DNA of 63,877 bases, the filler included, from Hyphochytrium catenoides (lineage: Eukaryota; Protista; Hyphochytriomycota): NCBI GenBank assembly GCA_900088475.1. It is 6 parts of 6 records of this genome, joined end to end, with 100 filler letters (N's around TTAATTAATTAA, not from the genome) between each part and the next. Parts side by side here need not be neighbours in the genome. Positions count along the whole stretch, not along the records: positions 25,088 to 48,049 come from FLMG01004104.1; 5 more parts are not named here. The stretch is one strand, 5' to 3'. Shown one piece after another: positions 36,011 through 48,149 of this stretch. Made by a program: the position numbers and the translations under genes. Each line of letters begins with the position of its first letter. Within the stretch, counting starts at the first letter, position 1. Below the pieces are notes generated by a model. It was given only the letters and a program-made list of their open reading frames with translations. It was not told where the DNA came from and searched no databases.

Positions 36011-38716
36011 TCAACCAACAAGCTTGTACCCGGACCCGACGCTCCCTCTAAAGTCAAACGCTGTCTCCTCTCTCAAGCTCTGTACAAGTTGCTGGAAGTC
36101 TGTGCCACCTTCCTCACTGAAAAGCCTCGGCCTCCCGGCAGAAGTGTTGTTGCTCTCTCGCTCCTTCTGCCAGTCTTGCAGCTCACCCAGGCCCAGCGGC
36201 GGGATTGAGGCCGTCGACAATGCCTCTTGCGCCAAGAGGCAGCCTTCAGAGAACCCGCTCAGCGTCTGCTCAACTGTCTCTTCTCCCTCTTTCCTCCCGT
36301 CCACGCCTTGCCGGGGCGGCGTATCCAGTAGCTCTTCCACGGTAGGAGCTAGAGCCGTCTTTCTATAGGGGTACGAAAGGCCCAGAATGAGCTCTTCAGA
36401 GAGCTCAGAGACGCTGGATGTCACAGTAGCATCAGGAGCGCCTGCTCCGGAAGCTTTACTATCTCGCTGTCCGACGCCACTAAGGTCATGGTACTCGAAT
36501 TCCTCGAGCTCACAGAGAGCGCTTAAGCTGTGAGTCTTCCGGAATCGGCTGGCGGGCTGCTGCTGCTGCCCAGTCTCCCTATGCTGAACCATTCTCCGGC
36601 TTTCCAAGCCATGAAGCTGAGAAGTGGAGTGTGAGTGACTCATGCCCTGAAGGCCGCTGCGCGCGGGCAGACCCGTTGCGCCTCCCTCGGTTCTCGTCTC
36701 AGAGAAGAGCAGCATAGAGTCGCCCAGCTGATCAGGCGCTGAACGAGAGAACATCACATCTTCCGGTGGGAAGAGCGGCATGGAGGAGACCCCACCGGCA
36801 AAGCTCAGTGGGTCCGCCCGTGCTACGGGACTACCAGCTGTCCTAGTGACCGAACCCCTTCGAGCGCCCATTGGCGGTTTAGCCGTCGTCAGCCCAGGCC
36901 GAGGAGTTATGTCCAGAGACCGCGCAGTCTCCTGGCCCAACATACCTGATGATGATGATCTCCGGAGCTCCGAGGTTCCTCTAGCCATAGGAGAAGGTAG
37001 GGCAAGCTCAGGCACAGCCCCAACACTGTGGACGGCTGTCGAGGCAGGAGAAGCGAGGGTAGTGGCCGCGAGAGCAGCGCGGATATCCTCGTTTATGGTC
37101 ACGGATGGGCTCCTAACAAAGCTGCCATTGCCTCCAGCGCTGGGACGACTCGCTGCACTTGCCACTCCTATTGTTACACGTCCTCTCTGGCTCGCAACAG
37201 CTCCTCTCCCTGCACTCTTGCCACCCCTATCAGTCACCGCCTTGCCCCTTTGTGTTCTTCTGCCAGATGAGCCAGAAAGTCTTCCATCATCTGCTCCTAC
37301 CGCGGCGCTGGGCCCGAAGCAAGGGGATCGGGGCATTCCTGCGGATCCAACCGCAAATTGAGGCGGTGACGACCCATAGAGAGGCGGTGAACTCATGACA
37401 AACTGATGAGGCATCTGCATCATCATAATCCCTCCTTGAGGCATCATGCCATAAGAACCCATCGGAACCATGAGAGGCATCCCTCCCAGGGACATACCGA
37501 CGGGGCTGTAGGCAGCTGTAGCCTTCGCTTGATCCTCAGCAGCCACAAGCGCCCTTGCCTGGACTCTTAGCTCCGGTAGCCCTCGAAGGCGAGACTTGTT
37601 CTGTATGTGGGTCAACACCTCCTGCTGGACCAGTTGCTTGACCTTCTCGTCTACACGGCGCTGGAAGTCAGCCTGGTACTCTTGAGAGGGCAAACCGTTC
37701 TGAGGGCTCTGGACTGTAGGCGATGAGGACGTGGCCGGAGAGGGCTGAAGAGGCCTAAGGTTGGCGGTTCCACAGGCCTTCAGAGTTACATTAGCGCCCT
37801 CAGTCTTCAACAGGCGGGAGCAGACTAAGCAGCCTGCACGTGCTTTCGGGTCATTCTCACAGTATTTGCGGTAGTGTCGGAGCAGGACTTTTGCCTTGTT
37901 GCACGCGGGTTGACACGCATCATCCTCCTTCTGACACTTCTCTGTGTGCTGCGCAATCTTCTTCATCACAGCACAGTTCGGCACCATACAGCTAAGCTCT
38001 GAGCAGTCTATCGAATGCAGGAGAAGCCACAGAGAGCCCGCTGCTTCCACAGGCCGCTGGAGGCAGTCCATCGGAAGAACAGGAGCTTTTCTAATCTCAC
38101 TCTTGTCCCCATTGTCGTTGCTCCCACTCGGAGAGCGCTTTAGGGAGCTGCTATGAGAGCTCAGCGCTGCGGTGGAGGAGGATGACCTCTTCATCCCTCC
38201 CTGAGAACCAGATGGTGGAGACACTGACAGCGCTACCATAGCTTTCCTGTTCAAAGAATAATGAGCTTTCTAGAAATGATGTAGATGGACAGAGATCAGC
38301 AGTCTAGCTTGAAAGACACAATCTTCGGACGCCTAGCCAAACCGACGCGAGAGAAGAGGGATGAAAGAAAGCTAAAAACAAAGGAGGCGTCCATTGACCT
38401 TGAGCCAGAGGCCGGGGCCATCGCAACCAGATCCGTGCTTGAGCGGCGCCTATTTAGCGGCCGCCCGGTGGAGCCTGTCTCGGCCTTGTCCGAGGACTTC
38501 CTCTTGTTCTTAGCTGCCAGACAAACACAGCTCACTATAAGAAGATCTTTTATATAATTGGAGCACATGAGCTATGGGGTCTTTACCTGTCTCGGGAATA
38601 GACATTGGATTCTCAGGACTTCCACTGGACTCTGTTGGAGACGATGGCATACTCCTCCGCAAGAGAGGCTGGCTTGCTTTCGCTTTTTTCAAGACTGGCG
38701 GCGAAATGGATAGCAT
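36011..38716 (-). CDS. TAZ zinc-finger protein with long disordered regions; exons 38716-38587, 38513-38399, 38246-36011 (may extend further 5')
   Basis: LWLLLHSIDC....C.VPNCAVMK....H...C......C...C......L.HY...C.......CLVC matches the TAZ H-C-C-C x3 pattern. The two short introns (73 and 152 nt) are phase-consistent. Confidence 0.8.
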
Positions 38717-41044
38717 CTCGGATGCGGCGCTGCCGCGGGGAGAAGTTCTTATTGGGATGTTGCTACACAGGGGTGCGCTTCTCCTCCAGAGAAGTTGGAG
38801 AGGTGAGCACCAGTAGCCAAGACAGGGAAACCAGCCAGCTAGGATGGAGCTTTAATAGCTGGAAGCAGTATACTCCTTGTAGCAGCCAGACACGATGACA
38901 ATTTTGAGCTTCATCTTCCAGTCACAATCTCTTCTTAGCCAGTCTGACGGTGTTATGTTGTTAGAGCTAGCCTTTTTTAAGCCCAGAGTCAGGGGACTCG
39001 AACGATATAACAGGTGGAACTATGTCTCCCACGAAGCAACGCAAGATCAAAGAGCTAGAGCTATCGCTCGAGATCTTTCTTGACTCTGGGCTTCAATGCA
39101 CCTGAGCTTGAGCAGGGAACTTTGAGTCTGCAAGAGCTTTGCTAAGAGTCCAGATCTCTGCGCTTCGGCCAAAATCCAATGAGAAAGCTGTAGAATGTGT
39201 TCGGGCTTTTGACCGCAGTCGCGAGTCAAGACAGAGCATGAGTAATATGGCGTTGACAAGGCAAGATAAAGGTTTGGATGGTGAGACAGAGCAGAGTCGG
39301 AGGTATATCTCAGTAAGAAGTAGGGTCCCTTGGTCATAATGTCCTACAGTAAAGATCAAAGAGGTCATTTTTACTGTATTTTTGTGTTGTGATTTCTCTT
39401 CCTCGCCATAGATTCCCTCCAGGTTCTTCCTCCACAGGTCATCTCTCTTCCTCCATCATCAGGGCGGGCTATACGCTGAGGTGACCTTCTTTCTCTCGTA
39501 CCCTGGGGGGCTACAGAGGTTGTGTATGACTTATATCCTAAGTGAGAGGCTCCGGCAGCTATGGCTCATGAGGAACCGGAGGCGCTCCCTCTGCTTCAAG
39601 TTTTTCTTGCCAAACCAACATGAACGAGAGGAAAATTCCTTCGCAAAAGCCCCAGCTACTTTTGAATGTTTCCAAATCCACCTAACGTCTGAATATAACA
39701 CTTAAATGTTTCAGAGGAATCCTTCAAGGTGTGGAAACTCGGATGCTGTCACGACAGTCTTTGGACATGACAAACGACATATACATCGCACATCGTTTGA
39801 GACCCGCAGCTGTTGTACCATATTATTAGCAGAAGCGAAAGGGCGCGGCAAAAGCCCTGCAAGTGCAGCGCCATCGGCATCTCTGGTGTCTCTGCCCATG
39901 ACTTCGTTTGCCATCTGACTGTACAGTCCAGCAGCTGGCTCTACTACCAGGCACCTAAGAGTTTGAAGATCATTCAAATCTGTCAGACTGTATCGTGGCA
40001 GGAGTCTTGCCTGTGTATGAGGTACCAAACGTAGCGCTAGCTGCGGTTCTATCGAGGTGGCTCTGGGTGATGATGGACTTTTGTCAAGATGCAGATCTCG
40101 ACCGATAAGAAGGAAGATGGAGTTAAAGGGAAGGGGCTTAATGATAATTAACGGTGATTGAGCAGATGGATAATCAACTCTTCCCAGTGGACCTCAAGTA
40201 GTCAAGAGTGTGGGGCCCCATGACAGAGGCATCGACCATGATGAGAGCTGATGCTTCTCGCTTGGTCTAACAAGAAAACGCTGGAGACGCCTGTAAAGAT
40301 CTAGGGCGTTTGGTGGAGGTGCAAGCTTCACTTACCATAGGACATGCGCTTTCCGTACGCTTACCCACAGCTACTAAGAAAACGTCCTCTTTGCCTTACC
40401 AAGCCTGTTCCCCTCCTCAATCCGGTCGTAGACTCAGAGGAGCGATAGAAAAACGCAGAGCAAACCAGTCGTGCTCGCTTTTTCATCATTTTGAGATACC
40501 TCTAAAGACGTCAGAACAACCCTTTTACTCGATGTGAGTTGCATAACCGAAGAGGTGCTGTCTTTGAAAACAATCGAGCCCCAGGGTCATGAGTCCTGCG
40601 ACAAAGTGCACGAGACTAAGGTAAATATGAAGATGGACGAGAGGCTTGAGAGAGGAGGGGAGCTTTCATTGGCTACTATATCTGTCTGGTAAAATAAAGA
40701 GAGACACTGGGCCAATCGGAGGACGACAAAGCGCTGTCTTGTATGGAACGTATAACATTGGTTTATTATGGCGGTTAAGACAGATGATGGATAATAAATA
40801 ATGTTGAAATAGTTCGTGCCACTACCTTAGTAATAGCAGCAAAAGGCATTATTACCCTTCACTCATTGTAGCTGGGAGATAGCTTCATTAAAGTAGGTGG
40901 AGAGATGGCATGTTCCTTCGCAACTATGTGCGTACAACTGTTTGAACAGAGAGAGATATGCTTGGATCTGGAGGAGCCAATGCAATCTGGCGGAATTGAC
41001 AGAGAGAGCAAACGTGACCTGGTGTAGAGACCTACACTGCGATC

Positions 41045-42129
41045 TTAGCGGGGCCAATGCCAGTGTTCAGAGGGTGAGATGACGTAGATCGTGTCCATGT
41101 GTACTCCGGTGCTTGTGATAGAGGAGTGCCGACGCGGGAGGGGTAGCTTGATGCCAGTCTTTGGATCGAAGTAGAGATAAGAATCCAAATTGTCTCTAAG
41201 ATACCGGTTTGAGATTCCGCCGAAGCCAAAGGCAGGTCCTATGCGGCCCACACGTGCAGCAGCAGACTTCCAATACTCTTTGCGAATGAGAGACAAGCGT
41301 TCCATGATTGGAGCTTTTGGATGGTTGTACACATCAACACCCAGAAGGTGTAGGGGCGTGGAGAAGAGCTGCATCACTGCAGGGCAGACAAGTTGAGAGG
41401 CCTTATCTGCAGTTGGCTGGTTCCAACCGCGCTCTGTTTGGAGATAAGAGGTCGCTACTCCAGGCAGCGTGAATGAGGCGACATTCGTCAGTGTGTCTCG
41501 AATGGCAAACATTGAGAAGGTAAACATCTTCAATGGCTTTGGAGTACCAAGTCCAAACATTCGCGTGAAAGCTCGGTCCTTCCAAAGGCATAGTGCGACG
41601 TTTACGGACGATGTAGCTAGGAACTTCGGCCATGTACTGCTATGGTCCAGATGTTCGCATGTAGTGTCGACGGTGTTGGCGGCTAGGTAGGTGCCGAAGT
41701 ACAGTGCATATACATACATGAACTCTTTCCGCACCAAGAACCGATGTGGCTTGGTTAAGAAGTCTTTTGTGTAGATCTTCATGCCAGCACCCAGTGATCT
41801 CTTGCCTGAAGCATTCTCAATGATTGCCCTGGAGATAAATAGAAGAGAGTAGCATTAGAGGAGTCAAGAAAGAGCTGGAACCCTAACAGGCGTGTCCTAT
41901 ACCTGTCGATGATGGTGATAAAGGGAGAAACTAGGAGAGATGCTCCCGCTGCAGCCAAGACGTCCACCACATAGCGAAGGCTGAGTGGTGGCTCTCTCTG
42001 TTTCTTCAGCAAGTGCTTCAATTCTTCAACTTCAGACATGCTGTTCATAAGAGAATTTTGCTGTTGGTCACTGTGAGCTTCGACTCCGCCTTCTGTAGGG
42101 CATTTCTCTGTTCCAGCATCCATGGACAT
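41045..42129 (-). CDS. C365.16-like ('sequence orphan') putative mitochondrial membrane protein; intron 41829-41902
   Basis: Motifs D..AA..AS.LVSP.ITIIDRAIIENASG, Y.GTY..AN..D, KF...S.VN......KD..F.RMFG, F..RD.LT..ASF..P, Q..STPLHLLG.D.YN and R..RI.PAFG.GG..N..LR. I recall these from the family of S. pombe SPBC365.16 and have not confirmed it by search. Confidence 0.75.
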
Positions 42130-44550
42130 TGTAGGAGCTGCTTTTGAGTTTCAATGCAAGCCCTTTCAGACCTTTCGTGGTTCCAGGAAAACGCTAAGTG
42201 GCAGCTATAGCCAAGTAACAAGCGTCGAGCTCCTCTTCAATACGGCATATCCAGTCTACTCGAGAAAGTCCTTTTTTTAAAACTTTCGAGATTCCGCTCT
42301 TGAGTAGTTTAATCCTCGCGGCGCCAGGAGAAACCCTCGTGACCAATTCTCCACTGTGAGGACAACAGGTGCAGATGTGGGACTAGCAGCAAATCGTTGG
42401 CAATGGCTCAGCAACACCCTGTCTGCTGGCAAAGCAAGCTAGGCTTGAGAAATGCCACGAAGAAACGAGATCTGTTCAATTTGCCACGATATTTCTACTG
42501 CTTCGTTCAGCGGCACCAGTCCTATAGCAAGTGACAGAGTTGCTTGTGCCATCTGAAGTCTATCCCGCGTTAGTCCGTCTCTATTGCCAAAGTTCTTCGC
42601 ATCTTTTTGAACATCAGATCGGGAGAAAAGGAGAAGTCGTGACAAGTCATAGATCGCCACCATTGTCGTAGTTACAGTCATAACAAGGTAGTGAAGGAAG
42701 AGGAAGACAGACATAAAAGAAGTGGATAAGATTGGAGGGAAGAACAGCATAGAAAGAGCAGAAGAGTAAAGAGCGAGTATGTGTGAACAAATGAGAGAAG
42801 AGAGAGTGTGAGAAAGAGGGGAAAAGAGAGAGATGGAAACGGTGGGTTGTGGGAAAAAAGAGAGAGAAAGAGAGAAGAGGAGAGAGAGAAGGCCTGAGAG
42901 ATAGAGAGAAAGAGGATGGGTTGTGAATGATGTTTTTGAGAGATCCGTTCCACATCAACAAATGGAATGCGTTACGTCAAAGAACCAGATCGGTCTTGTC
43001 AAACAAACCTGTCAAGTGTAAATTATGCCAACTTTTGTCAATAATCATTTGACTTCTTGGGAGCATCTAGCATCTGCATTCTACCTATCCTTTCTAATAC
43101 GTGACAAACTACTATTTGTCAATTAAGGCTCAAGGCCTGTCAATTAAGGTTGTTTACCACGTGGGCCCATGAATGGCGTGTGATTACACAAGCGACTGGC
43201 GCGGCTTCGACAACCAATAGAGTAACGTCTTCGTTGTTTCTCTACCTTCTGATTGGCTGGAGAGCAACTATCTGGACTTGTATGCACACGCCCTTTGAGG
43301 CACGCGCCTTTGGACCGTGGACAGGTCAGAAATTCCCCAGGCAGCTTCTACACTGTAAAGGTTTAGCTTACTGTAAACCTTTAGTTCTTTCCCTTTGCCT
43401 CGTGATCACTGGACTTCTACACTGCTATATTTAGAACATCATCTGTTGCCAGTCGCCAGTGCCTACTTGTTATCTGTAGAACTATGGGAGAGTAGACAGG
43501 CAACCTTGCTGTAGATTTGGACCAGAATCGTCAGTCTCAGTGTACCTACCCACTCACCCAAGCCATTTGACCAACAAATAAAGCTTGGGTTAGTGCACAT
43601 CCGTCCCCTTCTTCTCCTTCCAAGCAAGAACGCAGCTCGCCATGAGCCATGACAACTAACAGCCATATATCCTATATAAGGCAACTGATATTCTAGATAG
43701 TACCCCTACATTTGACGATTTGATTCTGAATATTCTAGACATCTGACCCTCATCACTCCTCCTTAACCACGCTTCTGTTAGTGCTGTAGTTCTATAGAAG
43801 TAGACAGTAGACAGAAGCAGTTTCGCATTGGGAGGGAAGGTCGAAGCTTGTCAAGACAAGGACAGAGGCAGGCCAGCCGGGTCGTCGTATGGTACTACAG
43901 GTGACAAGAGCATGCAGACGGCACGCGCAGCTCGACTGCCAGCCCCCATCACACAGTCTTCCAAGAGAAGCACCTAAAGATCATGTTGGTATTGGGACAT
44001 TTCATGCTCCCTGTTCTACTGCTCATAACTACTGCCTACAACCTTAGAAACTGCGAAAAACCTACAGACCCGTGACGAAGTTTTGCTTATCATCAGGAAG
44101 GCACTGGGCGGTGTCTCTGTCAAGGCAAGCGAGTCCTATCAGCTGTGTTCTGTAGACAAGTCTTCAGACATTTTGACCCAGCAACCTTCAACCTAAATCC
44201 TCATCCCCTTCGGAACCTCAGACAAATGTTGTGGTTATCTAATCCTAAACCGCCCTCCATGCTAAGCCAGAAAATATATTCCCAATCACTGTCTGAACCA
44301 TAGCCGCCGCTCCCACTCGTTGTATGTTAAAGGTGGCGATGGTAATACCTAAACATTCGCCGCAGTATCTTGTACAGATCTAAAAAGTTGCTCATACTTT
44401 CTCCATCTGTTATGTAAGTTGTACTCTCTCTCTCTCTCCCTCTCTCTCTCTCTCTTCCCCACTCTCTCCCTCTCTCTTTTTCTCTTTCTCTTTCTTTCTC
44501 TTTCTTTTTCTTTCTCTCACGCACTCTCTCTTTTTCTCTCTTTTTCTCTC

Positions 44551-44619
<69 letters not shown>

Positions 44620-44990
44620 TTCTGTTTGTCTCAGCCGCTGCCCTTTAACCTTCGAGAAGCTGCTGTCGCGGGGGTTGACGATGATTTGCAGGAGGGAATA
44701 AGACCAGCACATCCGAGAAAGCAGAGAGGGAAGAGCAAGCGGCCTCACGGACCGAATGAGAAGCAACGCCTTAGCTTTAGACGGGACAGGTCTGACTGAC
44801 AAACACACGACACCGAGATAGAAGCGAAGAAGCCAGTGGCAGTTGAAGCTGGACATCTCTTCTGATTGCTTGAGACCCAAAGCCGCCTCAATCGACAAGC
44901 CCCCAAACTCATTTCTCCCTTCAGCCCCGCAAGTTGAGCTTCAAAAAGGAACATTCAGCCCCGCTCAGGAACTGCTCATCATTAAAAAAC

Positions 44991-46601
44991 ATGAGACTTT
45001 CTGGTCTGACGTCCCTTGCCAATCAGCTCCATGGTGTCTCAGTCAGGAGCTCTTTGCGCCCGATTGGAGCCAGAGCTTATCATGTATCTCCTATGCAGAA
45101 GTCTGGCCTCATCTACCCTGGCTCCCGTAATGTGGGCTTGAACTCCCCCTCTTCTGCTGAAGCGCGTACTGGCAGAGACGCTGCAGGCGTCATCGCGCCT
45201 AATCACATCATTGGGCGCTCCAACTGCACTTGCGCTTCTTGCCAAGGAGCCATGGGCCTGAACATGGGCATTGGCCATAGCAGCAACGAGCATGCTGAGC
45301 TCGTTAGGCAGCATTCTACCAAGGCAGGCAAAAGCATCAATGAAGAGAGGTTAGGATCTCAAATTTTCTTTCGGACTATCTGATTTTTGGGGGCTCAATA
45401 AAGGCCAAACGTCTCTGCAGGCTGAACTCTATGGTTGGTATGAAGAGAATCTTCGAGGCCAACAAACGTTGGGTGGACCAGAAGACCAAGGAGAATCCAA
45501 AGTACTTTGAAAACCTCAAAAAGGGCCAGCAACCCCGATACCTCTTCATTGGCTGCTCTGACAGCCGTGTCCCTGCCAATGAGATCACTGGTACCTAGTC
45601 TGAAATGAGAGGAATGATGTCTTCAACTGCACACTTGAAAGCTAACTTCTCTTTCTCTTGGTTATTCTATGCAGGCCTCGAGGCAGGAGAGCTGTTCGTG
45701 CATAGAAACATCGCCAACATGGTCGTGCACACGGACATCAATCTTCTCTCAGTCGTGCAGTACGCTGTAGAGCACCTACGCGTTAAGGACATCATCGTCT
45801 GCGGGCACTACGGCTGTGGAGGCGTTCTCGCTGCGATGCACAACAAGGATCTAGGGCTCATTGACAACTGGCTGCGCAACATTCGTGATGGTATGGAATC
45901 AACATGCAACCCAACCTTGGCTCTTTGGCCTCAGGACTTACCTCATGCTCGCTCTCATAACAGTGAGCAGGATACATCAGAAGGAACTGATGGAGATCAA
46001 GGATGAGACTAAGCGCCACGAGCGTCTTATTGAACTCAATGTGCAGGAGCAATGCATCAATCTCTTCAAGAATGGAATGATCCAGAATCACCAGATCAAA
46101 TATGGTTATCCTCGTATCCATGGTCTCGTCTATGACATTGGCAATGGACGGCTCAAGGTAACTCTTTACTCTATATGCCGTCCTTGAAATCTGCTAACAG
46201 ACATCTCTCTTTCTTCTCTGGCTTTCGCCCTTCTCGTATACTCTCTCCTGTTCTTTCTTTCCCTTCCTTAGAAACTGGAGACGAACTTTGAAGACTACAT
46301 CAACAAGTATAGCGACATCTACAGCCTCTACAACTTCCGTAGACCCGACTACCATGTCACGAAGACCAAGCTGCAGATCAACTATCTCAAGGGCCTGTAT
46401 GACCAGTATTACGACCCAATGAATCAAAACGTGATCAACGCCAACCTGCTATTCAAGGCTCTAAAGGGCGAACCTGAGCTCTTTACAGCCGAGGACCTTA
46501 GCGAGTTGAAAGATAAGCTAGTGGTGGATGATGCAGGGAATGTTGATGTCAAGGAAGTCCTGGACCATGTCTACGAGCTTCCCAAAGAGAATTTGGCTTA
46601 A
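44991..46601 (+). CDS. Beta-carbonic anhydrase with mitochondrial-type presequence and C-terminal calmodulin-like extension; exons 44991-45349, 45421-45590, 45675-45890, 45964-46157, 46272-46601
   Basis: Zn ligands and catalytic dyad in IGCSDSRVP, plus [26 protein letters not shown] and [13 protein letters not shown]. All four introns are GT-AG and in phase. The N-terminus [31 protein letters not shown] is Arg/Ser-rich with no acidic residues. Confidence 0.92.
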
Positions 46602-46951
46602 AAGCGCCGCCTAAACCTTTCTTTTCCTCAATGATCTAACTAGGCTCTCACTGAAGTTTGCGCTTTATCTCCTCCTGTCCCGCTCTCTGTCCCTCTCTCT
46701 CTGTCCCTCTCTCTTCTGCTTTGTTGTTGTTAGAGAGATAGGCTCTGGTTTAGCTCCATAGGTGATGATAGTAGAGTCTTGTACAATGCTAAGGTAATGA
46801 CGCAATTACAATTCCTGAAACTCATCCGTTCTCAGAAGGTATAGTTCTAGCTATGTCGTGGCTCAACATCGTAGTGAAACCCACCTTATTCACTCGTCCC
46901 AGCGCCGCCCAACAAAGTATTTCTCTTTGCATTTCTGCATGGTGGACTCTA

Positions 46952-47257
46952 CTATTGCCAGTTCCATGAGGTGAGTGAGTGCTTCCCGCTAAGGTCTCGG
47001 TAAAGCACTGCTTCAGCCTTGCGAACGTTTCCTCCTTCTTGACTCTCAAGCTCCAATTCCATCTGGTAATTAAGGCCTGCAACGACTTGTTTTCGTGCGG
47101 AGACAACTTTCTTGATCTTCCAAGGCCCGCCTTCTTCTCCGCCCTGCTGCTGCTGGAGCCGCTCGTGGAAGAGTGTCACCGCAGCATTGGCAGCTTCTAG
47201 AATCTGGGGATCGTTTTCGTGGTTCTCAACCTCCTTATATCCCCCGACGGCGGGCAT
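46952..47257 (-). CDS. Cystatin (cysteine protease inhibitor), no signal peptide, intronless
   Basis: N-terminal VGG, helix EAANAAV, QVVAGLNY (QxVxG) and C-terminal SW. Confidence 0.92.
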   Translation of the reverse strand: MPAVGGYKEVENHENDPQILEAANAAVTLFHERLQQQQGGEEGGPWKIKKVVSARKQVVAGLNYQMELELESQEGGNVRKAEAVLYRDLSGKHSLTSWNWQ

Positions 47258-47854
47258 CTTGATGACAGATCGTTGGCCGTAATTGAAGAGGCGGCTTGCT
47301 TTTCGTTTTTCTTGAACCCTTAGCTTTATCTGCCCTAGTCCGCCAGAAGAGTGTTCTTCGGATTATTCTTCAGAGATTGGCGTGCTCTCAAATGATGGGT
47401 AAATCGTCTACTGGACGAGCTCGAGGAGACGGCCTCCTACAAAGTATGTCTCTGGATGTCTCACACTGGCTCCTTTTCACTTCTTTGTGCAACCATCCTT
47501 GCCCAAGCAGTCAACCGCGCCAACAAGGAGACAGAGCTTCACTCATCATCCAAGAAGTCTGAAGAAGGAAGAATAGATCAAGGAGGATCACGAGACGAGA
47601 GACAGAGTAGGCACAAAAGGACGGAGAAAGTGTTCAAGAGACAACCTTCAACTTGGGGAACAAGATCAGAACATTCCTCCTGGTTAACCCGGATATTATG
47701 GGTATAGAGCAACGATATGTAAACCAGGCTAATTTATGGGTTTAGAGTAGCTGGCCGTTAGCGACCCCCTCCAGCTCATCCGTTATTATCGCCAGTGCTT
47801 CTGCGTTGCATGTTGCGTGGAGCACAGAGGCTTGGGGGACCTGCTGCATGCTCC

Positions 47855-47888
<34 letters not shown>

Positions 47889-48049
47889 GGACAAAGAGAG
47901 AGAGAGAGAGAGGGAGAATGAGAGAGAGAGAACGAGAGAGAGAGAGAGAGAGGGACAAAGAGAGAGAGAGAGAGAGGAAGAATGAGAGAGAGAGAACGAG
48001 AGAGAGAGAGATAAAAAGAGAGGGAGAATGAGAGAGAGAGAGAAAGAGA

Positions 48050-48149
48050 NNNNNNNNNNNNNNNNNNNNNNNNNNNNNNNNNNNNNNNNNNNNTTAATTA
48101 ATTAANNNNNNNNNNNNNNNNNNNNNNNNNNNNNNNNNNNNNNNNNNNN
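48050..48149. other. Artificial contig linker
   Basis: N spacer with TTAATTAATTAA at 48094-48105. Confidence 0.97.

Noticed and set aside
36780-37361. 193-aa plus-strand ORF
   Set aside because: Antisense shadow of the GC-rich TAZ gene exon.
42990-43150. Cluster of TGTCAA/TGACA motifs
   Set aside because: Irregular spacing. Could be transposon subterminal or factor-binding sites but cannot be supported further.
4752-46601. Hv1-like channel plus beta-CA as a linked pH/carbon-handling module
   Set aside because: They lie on different contigs separated by an artificial linker, so there is no evidence of physical linkage.
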